Both the position numbers and the translations under genes were made by a program. Shown here piece by piece: positions 63,679 to 64,000 of a DNA stretch of 64,000 nt. The notes beneath the pieces were generated by a model. The model searched no databases. It worked only from the letters and a program-made list of their open reading frames with translations, and was not told the DNA's origin. Source of the stretch: a virus (taxonomy: Duplodnaviria > Caudoviricetes). Position 1 is the first letter of the stretch; each line of letters starts with the position of its first letter. Where the stretch lies: positions 63,363-127,362 of the IMG/VR virus record IMGVR_UViG_2924263452_000001; one strand, given 5' to 3'.

Positions 63679-63807
63679 AATCCTTTATTTATCGGCGTTT
63701 TACCGAGTTTTCAAAAAATCATAGATTTTCTGGCATTTTCCAAGACTTCATAATACCATTACCAACCAACAAAAGAAAAAGAAATCCTTTATTTATCGGC
63801 GTTTTAC
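63679..63807. repeat. 25-bp direct repeat AATCCTTTATTTATCGGCGTTTTAC x2
   Basis: 63679-63703 and 63783-63807. Confidence 0.8.
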
Positions 63808-64000
63808 GGCTTTCAACCTGGATAATCTACCGAACTCATTTAAAATAGCTTCACTCCAAGATCAATGATCTGAAATCAAAGTGCAAAAATCCGGTGAAAA
63901 AAATGTTCTTAAAAATTGTCGTGTATAATTGTCTATACTAACGTATAGCCAATTATATTAATATTTATATATATTATTCTTTTTATTATATATATATATA

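Noticed and set aside
220-63753. Numerous plus-strand ORFs in the track
   Set aside because: They are antisense shadows of minus-strand genes, F/S/L-rich, without RBS or recognisable motifs.

Overview
AT-rich segment of a large (jumbo-like), probably temperate phage of a Firmicutes/Lachnospiraceae-type host; essentially all real genes are on the minus strand and no virion genes are in the window. In transcription order (right to left): an early-gene region of short ORFs behind strong sigma70 promoters that share a GACACAACTT box; a MTase-helicase, HU, tmRNA, NMN adenylyltransferase and a short tyrosine recombinase; a compact type I-E-like CRISPR-Cas locus (Cas8e-Cas11 fusion, Cas7, Cas5, Cas6e, 21-repeat array, Cas2e-Cas3 fusion, no cas1 in the window); a P-type ATPase/3xTerD/PspA stress module; CCA-adding enzyme and other nucleotidyltransferases; an SPbeta-like YopQ/MrpR pair; and an RNA-repair operon (DUF2828 TROVE/vWA-like protein, Rnl2-type RNA ligase, Thg1) preceded by a 1.5-kb array of tRNA-like RNAs. 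The top candidate for an undescribed system is that array: nine copies of a stem + ACAGCAA module, some free-standing and some circularly permuted into the anticodon position of tRNA scaffolds, co-transcribed with a Ro60-like protein (a Y-RNA-like RNP hypothesis). All family assignments come from motif recognition by eye, not database searches.
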